This document shows, in pieces, positions 25,001-37,570 of a DNA stretch of 64,000 nt (position 1 is the first letter of the stretch; every line of letters begins with the position of its first letter). A program made the translations under genes and the position numbers. A model generated the notes under the pieces. The model made no database searches and was not told the origin of the DNA. It saw nothing but the letters and a program-made list of their open reading frames with translations. The DNA lies in the NCBI RefSeq assembly GCF_006345805.1, contig NC_042998.1, positions 27,900,001 to 27,964,000 on the forward strand. The letters run 5' to 3'. This DNA comes from Octopus sinensis (Eukaryota).

Positions 25001-28000
25001 TTCAACCCAAGAAAGTATGAGGGTAGAGACATTAAAAAATCAAATGCAAAGGTTATTTGAGTACGTACGTTTCAAGATTAGCCAAATTCGACCCTTCTCT
25101 CATCAGCTCAGAATGCCCTTGTTTGAGTTTGAAAACACTGAAAATGGGGGCATACCCTTTCGGCTTGTTATCGCTTCTGAAGATCTGTTCCCAACTAACA
25201 GTGCTAGCTAACTCAAATATGCAAGAGAAAAATTTCTGTTCTCCCCTTTCCACCAGCGTGGGTTAAAATCAGCAAACACTATCTTTTTTTCGGTAAAATC
25301 CAAGACAATAAGTAGAGAGAGATGAATTATAATTTCAACAATTGAGGGTAAAATTAATTAATTAATTAATCAATTTCACCAAGTATTCAGTATGCAAAGG
25401 GACCATTTAAGGCAATTCAAATTATTACATTATATAAAAGGGCTTAGTAAAATAAATACTTTGCCGCATACTGAACTCGTTAGAAATAGCAGCTAAAAAA
25501 ACTATTTCTAACACTTAAAGAAAACCTCTCACATATAGTGCTTGCTCAATTCAACCAAGAAAGTATGAGGGTAGAGACATTAAAAAATCAAATGCAAAGG
25601 TTATTTGAGTACGTACGTTTCAAGATTAGCCAAATTCGACCCTTCTCTCATCAGCTCAGAATGCCCTTGTTTGAGTTTGAAAACACTGAAAATGGGAGCA
25701 TACCCTTTCGGCTTGTTATCGCTTCTGAAGATCTGTTCCCAACTAACAGTGCTAGCTAACTCAAATATGCAAGAGAAAATTTTCTGTTCTCCCCTTTCCA
25801 CCAGCGTGGGTTAAAATCAGCAAACACTATCTTTTTTTCGGTAAAATCCAAGACAAATAAGTAGAGAGAGATGAATTATAATTTCAACAATTGAGGGTAA
25901 AATTAATTAATTAATTAATCAATTTCACCAAGTATTCAGTATGCAAAGGGACCATTTAAGGCAAATTCAAATTATTACATTATATAAAAGGGCTTAGTAA
26001 AATAAATTATTACTTTGCCGCATACTGAACTCGTTAGAAATAGCAGCTAAAAAAACTATTTCTAACACTTAAAGAAAACCTCTCACATATAGTGCTTGCT
26101 CAATTCAACCCAAGAAAGTATGAGGGTAGGTAGAGACATTAAAAAATCAATGCAAAGGTATTTGAGTACGTACGTTTCAAGATTAGCCAAATTCGACCCT
26201 TCTCTCATCAGCTCAGAATGCCCTTGTTTGAGTTTGAAAACACTGAAAATGGGAGCATACCCTTTCGGCTTGTTATCGCTTCTGAAGATCTGTTCCCAAC
26301 TAACAGTGCTAGCTAACTCAAATATGCAAGAGAAAAATTTCTGTTCTCCCCTTTCCACCAGCGTGGGTTAAAATCAGCAAACACTATCTTTTTTTCGGTA
26401 AAATCCAAGACAAATAAGTAGAGAGAGATGAAATAATTTCAACAATTGAGGGTAAAATTAATTAATTAATTAATCAATTTCACCAAGTATTCAGTATGCA
26501 AAGGGACCATTTAAGGCAAATTCAAATATTACATTATATAAAAGGGCTTAGTAAAATAAATTACTTTGCGCATACTACTGAACTCGTTAGAAATAGCAGC
26601 TAAAAAAACTATTTCTAACACTTAAAGAAAACCTCTCTCATATAGTGCTTGCTCAATTCAACCCAAGAAAGTATGAGGGTAGAGACATTAAAAAATCAAA
26701 TGCAAAGGTTATTTGAGTACGTACGTTTCAAGATTAGCCAAATTCGACCCTTCTCTCATCAGCTCAGAATGCCCTTGTTTGAGTTTGAAAACACTGAAAA
26801 TGGGAGCATACCCTTCGGCTTGTTATCGCTTCTGAAGATCTGTTCCCAACTAACAGTGCTAGCTAACTCAAATATGCAAGAGAAAAATTTCTGTTCTCCC
26901 CTTTCCACCAGCGTGGGTTAAAATCAGCAAACACTATCTTTTTTTCGGTAAAATCCAAGACAAATAAGTAGAGAGAGATGAATTATAATTTCAACAATGA
27001 GGGTAAAATTAATTAATTAATTAATCAATTTCACCAAGTATTCAGTATGCAAAGGGACCATTTAAGGCAAATTCAAATTATTACATTATATAAAAGGGCT
27101 TAGTAAAATAAATTACTTTGCCGCATACTGAACTCGTTAGAAATCAGCAGCTAAAAAACTATTTCTAACACTTAAAGAAAACCTCTCTCATATAGTGCTT
27201 GCTCAATTCAACCCAAGAAAGTATGAGGGTAGAGACATTAAAAAATCAAATGCAAAGGTTATTTGAGTTGTACGTTTTCAAGATTAGCCAAATTCGACCC
27301 TTCTCTCATCAGCTCAGAATGCCCTTGTTTGAGTTTGAAAACACTGAAAATGGGAGCATACCCTTTCGGCTTGTTATCGCTTCTGAAGATCTGTTCCAAC
27401 TAACAGTGCTAGCTAACTCAAATATGCAAGAGAAAAATTCTGTTCTCCCCTTCCACCAGCGTGGGTTAAAATCAGCAAACACTATCTTTTTTTCGGTAAA
27501 ATCCAAGACAAATAAGTAGAGAGAGATGAATTATAATTTCAACAATTGAGGGTAAAATTAATTAATTAATTAATCAATTTCACCAAGTATTCAGTATGCA
27601 AAGGGACCATTTTTAGGCAAATTCAAATTATTACATTATATAAAAGGGCTTAGTAAAATAAATTACTTTGCCGCATACTGAACTCGTTAGAAATAGCAGC
27701 TAAAAAAACTATTTCTAACACTTAAAGAAAACTCTCTCATATAGTGCTTGCTCAATTCAACCCAAGAAAGTATGAGGGTAGAGACATTAAAAAATCAAAT
27801 GCAAAGGTTATTGAGTACGTACCGTTTCAAGATTAGCCAAATTCGACCCTTCTCTCATCTCAGCTCAGAATGCCCTTGTTTGAGTTTGAAAACACTGAAA
27901 ATGGGAGCATACCCTTTCGGCTTGTTATCGCTTCTGAAGATCTGTTCCCAACTAACAGTGCTAGCTAACTCAAATATGCAAGAGAAAAATTTTCTGTTCT

Positions 28001-31000
28001 CCCCTTTCCACCAGCGTGGGTTAAAATCAGCAAACACTATCTTTTTTTCGGTAAAATCCAAGACAAATAAGTAGAGAGAGATGAATTATAATTTCAACAA
28101 TTGAGGGTAAAATTAATTAATTAATTAATCAATTTCACCAAGTATTCAGTATGCAAAGGGACCATTTAAGGCAAATTCAAATTATTACATTATATAAAAG
28201 GGCTTAGTAAAATAAATTACTTTGCCGCATAATGAACTCGTTAGAAATAGCAGCTAAAAAAACTATTTCTAACACTTAAAGAAAACCTCTCTCATATAGT
28301 GCTTGCTCAATTCAACCCAAGAAAGTATGAGGGTAGAGACATTAAAAAATCAAATGCAAAGGTTATTTGAGTACGTACGTTTCAAGATTAGCCAAATTCG
28401 ACCCTTCTCTCATCAGCTCAGAATGCCCTTGTTTGAGTTTGAAAACACTGAAAATGGGAGCATACCCTTTCGGCTTGTTATCGCTTCTGAAGATCTGTTC
28501 CCAACTAACAGTGCTAGCTAACTCAAATATGCAAGAGAAAAATTTTCTGTTCTCCCCTTTCCACCAGCGTGGGTTAAAATCAGCAAACACTATCTTTTTT
28601 TCGGTAAAATCCAAGACAAATAAGTAAGAGAGAGATGAATTATAATTTCAACAATTGAGGGTAAAATTAATTAATTAATTAATCAATTTCACCAAGTATT
28701 CAGTATGCAAAGGGACCATTTAAGGCAAATTCAAATTATTACATTATATAAAAGGGCTTAGTAAAATAAATTACTTTGCCGCATACTGAACTCGTTAGAA
28801 ATAGCAGCTAAAAAAACTATTTCTAACACTTAAAGAAAACCTCTCTCATATAGTGCTTGCTCAATTCAACCCAAGAAAGTATGAGGGTAGAGACATTAAA
28901 AAATCAAATGCAAAGGTTATTTGAGTACGTACGTTTCAAGATTAGCCAAATTCGACCCTTCTCTCATCAGCTCAGAATGCCCTTGTTTGAGTTTGAAAAC
29001 ACTGAAAATGGGAGCATACCCTTTCGGCTTGTTATCGCTTCTGAAGATCTGTTCCCAACTAACAGTGCTAGCTAACTCAAATATGCAAGAGAAAAATTTC
29101 TGTTCTCCCCTTTCCACCAGCGTGGGTTAAAATCAGCAAAACTATCTTTTTTTCGGTAAAATCCAAGACAAATAAGTAGAGAGAGATGAATTATAATTTC
29201 AACAATTGAGGGTAAAATTAATTAATTAATTAATATAATCAATTTCACCAAGTATTCAGTATGCAAAGGGACCATTTAAGGCAAATTCAAATTATTACAT
29301 TATATAAAAGGGCTTAGTAAAATAAATTACTTTGCCGCATACTGAACTCGTTAGAAATAGCAGCTAAAAAAACTATTTCTAACACTTAAAGAAAACCTCT
29401 CTCATATAGTGCTTGCTCAATTCAACCCAAGAAAGTATGAGGGTAGAGACATTAAAAAATCAAATGCAAAGGTTATTTGAGTACGTACGTTTCAAGATTA
29501 GCCAAATTCGACCCTCTCTCATCAGCTCAGAATGCCTTGTTTGAGTTTGAAAACACTGAAAATGGGGGCATACCCTTTCGGCTTGTTATCGCTTCTGAAG
29601 ATCTGTTCCCAACTAACAGTGCTAGCTAACTCAAATATGCAAGAGAAAAATTTCTGTTCTCCCCTTTCCACCAGCGTGGGTTAAAATCAGCAAACACTAT
29701 CTTTTTTTCGGTAAAATCCAAGACAAATAAGTAGAGAGAGATGAATTATAATTTCAACAATTGAGGGTAAAATTAATTAATTAATTAATCAATTTCACCA
29801 AGTATTCAGTATGCAAAGGGACCATTTAAGGCAAATTCAAATTATTACATTATATAAAAGGGCTTAGTAAAATAAATTACTTTGCCGCATACTGAACTCG
29901 TTAGAAATAGCAGCTAAAAAAACTATTTCTAACACTTAAAGAAAACCTCTCACATATAGTGCTTGCTCAATTCAACCCAAGAAAGTATGAGGGTAGAGAC
30001 ATTAAAAAATCAAATGCAAAGGTTATTTGAGTACGTACGTTTCAAGATTAGCCAAATTCGACCCTTCTCTCATCAGCTCAGAATGCCCTTGTTTGAGTTT
30101 GAAAACACTGAAAATGGGAGCATACCCTTTCGGCTTGTTATCGCTTCTGAAGATCTGTTCCCAACTAACAGTGCTAGCTAACTCAAATATGCAAGAGAAA
30201 ATTTTCTGTTCTCCCCTTTCCACCAGCGTGGGTTAAAATCAGCAAACACTATCTTTTTTTCGGTAAAATCCAAGACAAATAAGTAGAGAGAGATGAATTA
30301 ATAATTTCAATTTCAACAATTGAGGGTAAAATTAATTAATTAATTAATCAATTTCACCAAGTATTCAGTATGCAAAGGGACCATTTAAGGCAAATTCAAA
30401 TTATTACATTATATAAAAGGGCTTAGTAAAATAAATTACTTTGCCGCATACTGAACTCGTTAGAAATAGCAGCTAAAAAAACTATTTCTAACACTTAAAG
30501 AAAACCTCTCACATATAGTGCTTGCTCAATTCAACCCAAGAAAGTATGAGGGTAGAGACATTAAAAAATCAAATGCAAAGGTTATTTGAGTACGTACGTT
30601 TCAAGATTAGCCAAATTCGACCCCCTTCTCTCATCAGCTCAGAATGCCCTTGTTTGAGTTTGAAAACACTGAAAATGGGAGCATACCCTTTCGGCTTGTT
30701 ATCGCTTCTGAAGATCTGTTCCCAACTAACAGTGCTAGCTAACTCAAATATGCAGAGAAAAATTTCTGTTCTCCCCTTTCCACCAGCGTGGGTTAAAATC
30801 AGCAAAACTATCTTTTTTTCGGTAAAATCCAAGACAATAAGTAGAGAGAGATGAATTAATTTCAACAATTGAGGGTAAAATTAATTAATTAATTAATCAA
30901 TTTCACCAAGTATTCAGTATGCAAAGGGACCATTTAAGGCAAATTCAAATTATTACATTATATAAAAGGGCTTAGTAAAAAAAATTACTTTGCCGCATAC

Positions 31001-34000
31001 TGAACTCGTTAGAAATAGCAGCTAAAAAAACTATTTCTAACACTTAAAGAAAACCTCTCTCATATAGTGCTTGCTCAATTCAACCCAAGAAAGTATGAGG
31101 GTAGAGACATTAAAAAATCAAATGCAAAGGTTATTTGAGTACGTACGTTTCAAGATTAGCCAAATTCGACCCTTCTCTCATCAGCTCAGAATGCCCTTGT
31201 TTGAGTTTGAAAACACTGAAAATGGGAGCATACCCTTCGGCTTGTTATCGCTTCTGAAGATCTGTTCCCAACTAACAGTGCTAGCTAACTCAATATGCAA
31301 GAGAAAAATTTCTGTTCTCCCCTTTCCACCAGCGTGGGTTAAAATCAGCAAACACTATCTTTTTTTCGGTAAAATCCAAGACAAATAAGTAGAGAGAGAT
31401 GAATTATAATTTCAACAATTGAGGGTAAAATTAATTAATTAATTAATCAATTTCACCAAGTATTCAGTATGCAAAGGGACCATTTAAGGCAAATTCAAAT
31501 TATTACATTATATAAAAGGGCTTAGTAAAATAAATTACTTTGCCGCATACTGAACTCGTTAGAAATAGCAGCTAAAAAAACTATTTCTAACACTTAAAGA
31601 AAACCTCTCTCATATAGTGCTTGCTCAATTCAACCCAAGAAAGTATGAGGGTAGAGACATTAAAAAATCAAATGCAAAGGTTATTTGAGTACGTACGTTT
31701 CAAGATTAGCCAAATTCGACCCTTCTCTCATCAGCTCAGAATGCCCTTGTTTGAGTTTGAAAACACTGAAAATGGGAGCATACCCTTTCGGCTTGTTATC
31801 GCTTCTGAAGATCTGTTCCAACTAACAGTGCTAGCTAACTCAAATATGCAAGAGAAAATTTCTGTTCTCCCCTTTCCACCAGCGTGGGTTAAAATCAGCA
31901 AACACTATCTTTTTTTCGGTAAAATCCAAGACAAATAAGTAGAGAGAGATGAATTATAATTTCAACAATTGAGGGTAAAATTAATTAATTAATTAATCAA
32001 TTTCACCAAGTATTCAGTATGCAAGGGACCATTTAAGGCAAATTCAAATTATTACATTATATAAAAGGGCTTAGTAAAATAAATTACTTTGCCGCATACT
32101 GAACTCGTTAGAAATAGCAGCTAAAAAAACTATTTCTAACACTTAAAGAAAACCTCTCCATATAGTGCTTGCTCAATTCAACCCAAGAAAGTATGAGGGT
32201 AGAGACATTAAAAAATCAAATGCAAAGGTTATTTGAGTACGTACGTTTCAAGATTAGCCAAATTCGACCCTTCTCTCATCAGCTCAGAATGCCCTTGTTT
32301 GAGTTTGAAAACACTGAAAATGGGAGCATACCCTTTCGGCTTGTTATCGCTTCTGAAGATCTGTTCCCAACTAACAGTGCTAGCTAACTCAAATATGCAA
32401 GAGAAAATTTCTGTTCTCCCCTTTCCACCAGCGTGGGTTAAAATCAGCAAACACTATCTTTTTTTCGGTAAAATCCAAGACAAATAAGTAGAGAGAGATG
32501 AATTATAATTTCAACAATTGAGGGTAAAATTAATTAATTAATTAATCAATTTCACCAAGTATTCAGTATGCAAAGGGACCATTTAAGGCAAATTCAAATT
32601 ATTACATTATATAAAAGGGCTTAGTAAAATAAATTACTTTGCCGCATACTGAACTCGTTAGAAATAGCAGCTAAAAAAACTATTTCTAACACTTAAAGAA
32701 AACCTCTCACATATAGTGCTTGCTCAATTCAACCAAGAAAGTATGAGGGTAGAGACATTAAAAAATCAAATGCAAAGGTTATTTGAGTACGTACGTTTCA
32801 AGATTAGCCAAATTCGACCCTTCTCTCATCAGCTCAGAATGCCCTTGTTTGAGTTTGAAAACACCTGAAAATGGGAGCATACCCTTTCGGCTTGTATCGC
32901 TTCTGAAGATCTGTTCCCAACTAACAGTGCTAGCTAACTCAAATATGCAAGAGAAAAATTTCTGTTCTCCCCTTCCACCAGCGTGGGTTAAAATCAGCAA
33001 ACACTATCTTTTTTTCGGTAAAATCCAAGACAAAAAGTAGAGAGAGATGAATTATAATTTCAACAATTGAGGGTAAAATTAATTAATTAATTAATCAATT
33101 TCACCAAGTATTCAGTATGCAAAGGGACCATTTAAGGCAAATTCAAATTATTACATTATATAAAAGGGCTTAGTAAAATAAATTACTTTGCCGCATACTG
33201 AACTCGTTAGAAATAGCAGCTAAAAAAACTATTTCTAACACTTAAAGAAAACCTCTCTCATATAGTGCTTGCTCAATTCAACCCAAGAAAGTATGAGGGT
33301 AGAGACATTAAAAAATCAAATGCAACGGTTATTTGAGTACGTACGTTTCAAGATTAGCCAAATTCGACCCTTCTCTCATCAGCTCAGAATGCCCTTGTTT
33401 GAGTTTGAAAACACTGAAAATGGGAGCATACCCTTTCGGCTTGTTATTGCTTCTGAAGATCTGTTCCCAACTAACAGTGCTAGCTAACTCAAATATGCAA
33501 GAGAAAAATTTCTGTTCTTCCCCTTCCACCAGCGTGGGCTAAAATCAGCAAACACTATCTTTTTTTCGGTAAAATCCAAGACAAATAAGTAGAGAGAGAT
33601 GAATTATAATTTCAACAATTGAGGGTAAAATTAATTAATTAATTAATCAATTTCACCAAGTATTCAGTATGCAAAGGGACCATTTAAGGCAAATTCAAAT
33701 TATTACATTATATAAAAGGGCTTAGTAAAATAAATTACTTTGCCGCATACTGAACTCGTTAGAAATAGCAGCTAAAAAAACTATTTCTAACACTTAAAGA
33801 AAACCTCTCTCATATAGTGCTTGCTCAATTCAACCCAAGAAAGTATGAGGGTGGTAGAGACATTAAAAAATCAAATGCAAAGGGTATTTGAGTACGTACG
33901 TTTCAAGATTAGCCAAATTCGACCCTTCTCTCATCAGCTCAGAATGCCCTTGTTTGAGTTTGAAAACACTGAAAATGGGAGCATACCTTTCGGCTTGTTA

Positions 34001-35557
34001 TCGCTTCTGAAGATCTGTTCCAACTAACAGTGCTAGCTAACTCAAATATGCAAGAGAAAAATTTCTGTTCTCCCCTTTCCACCAGCGTGGGTTAAAATCA
34101 GCAAACACTATCTTTTTTTCGGTAAAATCCAAGACAAATAAGTAGAGAGAGATGAATTATAATTTCAACAATTGAGGGTAAAATTAATTAATTAATTAAT
34201 CAATTTCACCAAGTATTCAGTATGCAAAGGGACCATTTAAGGCAAATTCAAATTATTACATTATATAAAAGGGCTTAGTAAAATAAATTACTTTGCCGCA
34301 TACTGAACTCGTTAGAAATAGCAGCTAAAAAAACTATTTCTAACACTTAAAGAAAACCTCTCTCATATAGTGCTTGCTCAATTCAACCCAAGAAAGTATG
34401 AGGGTAGAGACATTAAAAAATCAAATGCAAAGGTTATTTGAGTACGTACGTTTCAAGATTAGCCAAATTCGACCCTTCTCTCATCAGCTCAGAATGCCCT
34501 TGTTTGAGTTTGAAAACACTGAAAATGGGAGCATACCCTTTCGGCTTGTTATCGCTTCTGAAGATCTGTTCCCAACTAACAGTGCTAGCTAACTCAAATA
34601 TGCAAGAGAAAAATTTCTGTTCTCCCCTTTCCACCAGCGTGGGTTAAAATCAGCAAACACTATCTTTTTTTCGGTAAAATCCAAGACAAATAAGTAGAGA
34701 GAGATGAATTATAATTTCAACAATTGAGGGTAAAATTAATTAATTAATTAATCAATTTCACCAAGTATTCAGTATGCAAAGGGACCATTTAAGGCAAATT
34801 CAAATTATTACATTATATAAAAGGGCTTAGTAAAATAAATTACTTTGCCGCATACTGAACTCGTTAGAAATAGCAGCTAAAAAAACTATTTCTAACACTT
34901 AAAGAAAACCTCTCTCATATAGTGCTTGCTCAATTCAACCCAAGAAAGTATGAGGGTAGAGACATAAAAAATCAAATGCAAAGGTTATTTGAGTACGTAC
35001 GTTTCAAGATTAGCCAAATTCGACCTTCTCTCATCAGCTCAGAATGCCCTTGTTTGAGTTTGAAAACACTGAAAATGGGAGCATACCCTTTCGGCTTGTT
35101 ATCGCTTCTGAAGATCTGTTCCAACTAACAGTGCTAGCTAACTCAAATATGCAAGAGAAAATTTTCTGTTCTCCCCTTTCCACCAGCGTGGGTTAAAATC
35201 AGCAAACACTATCTTTTTTTCGGTAAAATCCAAGACAAATAAGTAGAGAGAGAGAGAGATGAATTATAATTTCAACAATTGAGGGTAAAATAATTAATTA
35301 ATTAATCAATTTCACCAAGTATTCAGTATGCAAAGGGACATTTAAGGCAAATTCAAATTATTACATTATATAAAAGGGCTTAGTAAAATAAATTACTTTG
35401 CCGCATACTGAACTCGTTAGAAATAGCAGCTAAAAAAACTATTTCTAACACTTAAAGAAAACCTCTCTCATATAGTGCTTGCTCAATTCAACCCAAGAAA
35501 GTATGAGGGTAGAGACATTAAAAAATCAAATGCAAAGGTTATTTGAGTACGTACGTT
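22038..35557. repeat. Tandem array of a ~551-bp HHR-containing unit (24 full units plus a partial one)
   Basis: A landmark recurs at 22252, 22800, 23347 ... 34374, ~34925 and 35479. Units are nearly identical and differ mostly by 1-nt indels. The left flank is (TA)n. Confidence 0.97.
22314..22373 (-). ncRNA. Type I hammerhead ribozyme (unit 1, repeated in each unit)
   Basis: Minus strand ATTCTGAG-CTGATGA-GAGA...TCTT-GAAA-CGTACG-TA|CTCAAAT. Stem I TGAG/CTCA extends across one bulge, stem II is GAGA/TCTT plus GGTCG/TGGCT, stem III is the palindrome ACGTACGT, and the triplet is GUA. Confidence 0.85.
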
Positions 35558-35955
35558 GGTGGAAAGGGGAGAACAGAAATTTTACGCTGGTGGAAAGGGG
35601 AGAACAGAAATTTTTCTCTTGCATATTTGAGTTAGCTAGCACTGTTAGTTGGGAACAGATCTTCAGAAGCGATAACAAGCCGAAAGGGTATGCTCCATTT
35701 TCAGTGTTTTCAAACTCAAACAAGGGCATTCTGAGCTGATGATGAGAAGGGTCGAATTTGGCTAATCTTGAAACGTACGTACTCAAATACCTTTGCATTT
35801 GATTTTTTAATGTCTCTACCCTCATACTTTCTTGGGTTGAATTGAGCAAGCACTATATGAGAGAGGTTTTCTTTAAGTGTTAGAAATAGTTTTTTTAGCT
35901 GCTATTTCTAACGAGTTCAGTATGCGGCAAAGTAATTTATTTTACTAAGCCCTTT

Positions 35956-35962
<7 letters not shown>
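35557..35962 (-). repeat. Inverted partial unit capping the array
   Basis: Reverse complement of the unit segment from ATTATATAAAAGGG to CCCCTTTCCACCA. Ends in (TA)n. Confidence 0.95.
35728..35788 (+). ncRNA. Hammerhead ribozyme in the inverted unit
   Basis: ATTCTGAG-CTGATGA-TGAGA..TCTT-GAAACGTACGTA-CTCAAAT, with one extra T after the core. Confidence 0.7.
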
Positions 35963-35990
<28 letters not shown>

Positions 35991-35995
<5 letters not shown>

Positions 35996-36726
35996 GAGGG
36001 TACTACTATTAGTAGATACCAACACGCTAAGAGGGACCAATGCGGTCAAAACTACTAAAAATAAACAAAATATTACCGAATGCAAAACTTCAAAAACACA
36101 TCATTTTAAAAAGGAATTCAGTTACATATCACATGTGATTTCGCATTTAATGCAGAATATGCATTTCATGTTCGTCAGTGCAACAAACTCAAGGGATATA
36201 AGAAAAAACATAACATTACAAACTCGATAGCCAACCGTAGAATTCATCGTAGCATGTACTAATGTTTATCCTTACATATCTATGAAAATGGCGGGCTTTT
36301 TCGCAATGCATTTCGGTACCAAATTGCCTAGTCGGAATAAAAATTCAGTATTGAACTATTCCGGTGAAAAATATAAATTAACAATTGAGGATAAAATCTT
36401 TAAAAGAAATTATCAGTAGTCAGCGTGAAAAACCTCGTAAGAGAAAAAATCCGTAAATTCTTCCTCTTTGAAAATATTCATTTATATTATATGAGGGTAC
36501 TACTATTCGTAGATGCCAACACGCTAAGAGGGACCAATGCGGTCAAAACTACTAGTATTTTTGACCGCATTGGTCCCTCTTAGCCTGTTGGTATCTACTA
36601 ATAGTAGTACCCTCATTATAATATAAATGAATATTTTCAAAGAGGAAGAATTTACGGATTTTTTCTCTTACGAGGTTTTTCACGCTGACTACTGATAATT
36701 TCTTTTAAAGATTTTATCCTCAATTG

Positions 36727-36730
<4 letters not shown>
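35991..36730. mobile_element. Second HHR element: ~497-bp unit (1.1 copies) plus an inverted arm, between (TA)n tracts
   Basis: ATGAGGGTACTACTATT recurs at 35994 and 36491. Fold-back arms at 36378-36553 and 36554-36730. Confidence 0.85.
36121..36184 (-). ncRNA. Type I hammerhead ribozyme
   Basis: GTTGCA-CTGACGA-ACAT..ATGCA(tattc)TGCAT..ATGC-GAAA-TCACATGTGA-TA|TGTAAC. Stem III is palindromic, and there is an A-C mismatch at the base of stem II. Confidence 0.7.
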
Positions 36731-36760
<30 letters not shown>

Positions 36761-36762
<2 letters not shown>

Positions 36763-36960
36763 GGAGAAAACACATAAATGTGAAACAAGGTGGAAAAAAG
36801 AGTACTCAAATACCAGGGGTAGAGTAATATGCTTTATTTAAAAGCACCAGAAATTCAACAAAACCTGTTACTCGGAGTTTCACGTTCCCGTACGTCGGAC
36901 AGTTTTGTTAAAATTTTAACAAAACTGTCCGACGTATTTTCCGCTGCTTTTAAATAAAGT
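36761..36960. mobile_element. Third (TA)n-flanked fold-back element with a degenerate HHR
   Basis: Minus strand 36857-36909 reads AACAAAACTGT-CCGACGT-ACG(GGAA)CGT-GAAA-CTCCGAG-TA-ACAGGTTTTGTT. Perfect 46-bp palindrome at 36891-36936. Confidence 0.6.
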
Positions 36961-36990
36961 ATATATATATATATAATATATAATATATAT

Positions 36991-37052
<62 letters not shown>

Positions 37053-37493
37053 GTATAAGATGGACTCTGTAGTAGTGAATGACAATTGAGAGTTTAATGA
37101 AATGAAGCGTTAATCATGTCCTATGGCTGGTGTGTGTATATATAGATAGATATATATATATAACGACCATTCTAGTTTGTTTTCGTTCGGTTCCCTTGTA
37201 TATCTCCACTGTCATTTTTTTGGTTTCCAACTTTGACCAACCATAATTCTTAAATTTTATTTTAGAATTTATAGGCGTAACTGTCTTTAAAGACTCATAT
37301 TGTCGTTGAATGCTCGAATTGAGGAGTAGATAGACAGCCAAAATAGGGGCTTTTTTTCTGTGTTAACCTATCCTAATTTCCATTTTTTCTCGTTGTTTAC
37401 GTGTTTCACTCTCTTTTCCTTATTTGTTTACGTATTTCACGTTATTTGTGCCGTTGGTGACGTTATGTACTCATATATGCATATATATGTATG

Positions 37494-37536
<43 letters not shown>

Positions 37537-37570
37537 TATTATTCGTTATATATATGCATATATATATATA

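Noticed and set aside
22038-35557. CRISPR array or rDNA/histone/snRNA tandem cluster
   Set aside because: No unique spacers, and no recognisable 5S, snRNA or histone sequence.
22038-35557. Single-nucleotide indel differences between units as real evolution
   Set aside because: Mostly private homopolymer-type indels, consistent with long-read consensus error.
22252-35849. Repeated ORFs in the array (MLNSTQESMRV..., MERGEQK..., MSTYVSRL...)
   Set aside because: Short, mostly non-ATG starts, frame varies between units, and no recognisable domain.
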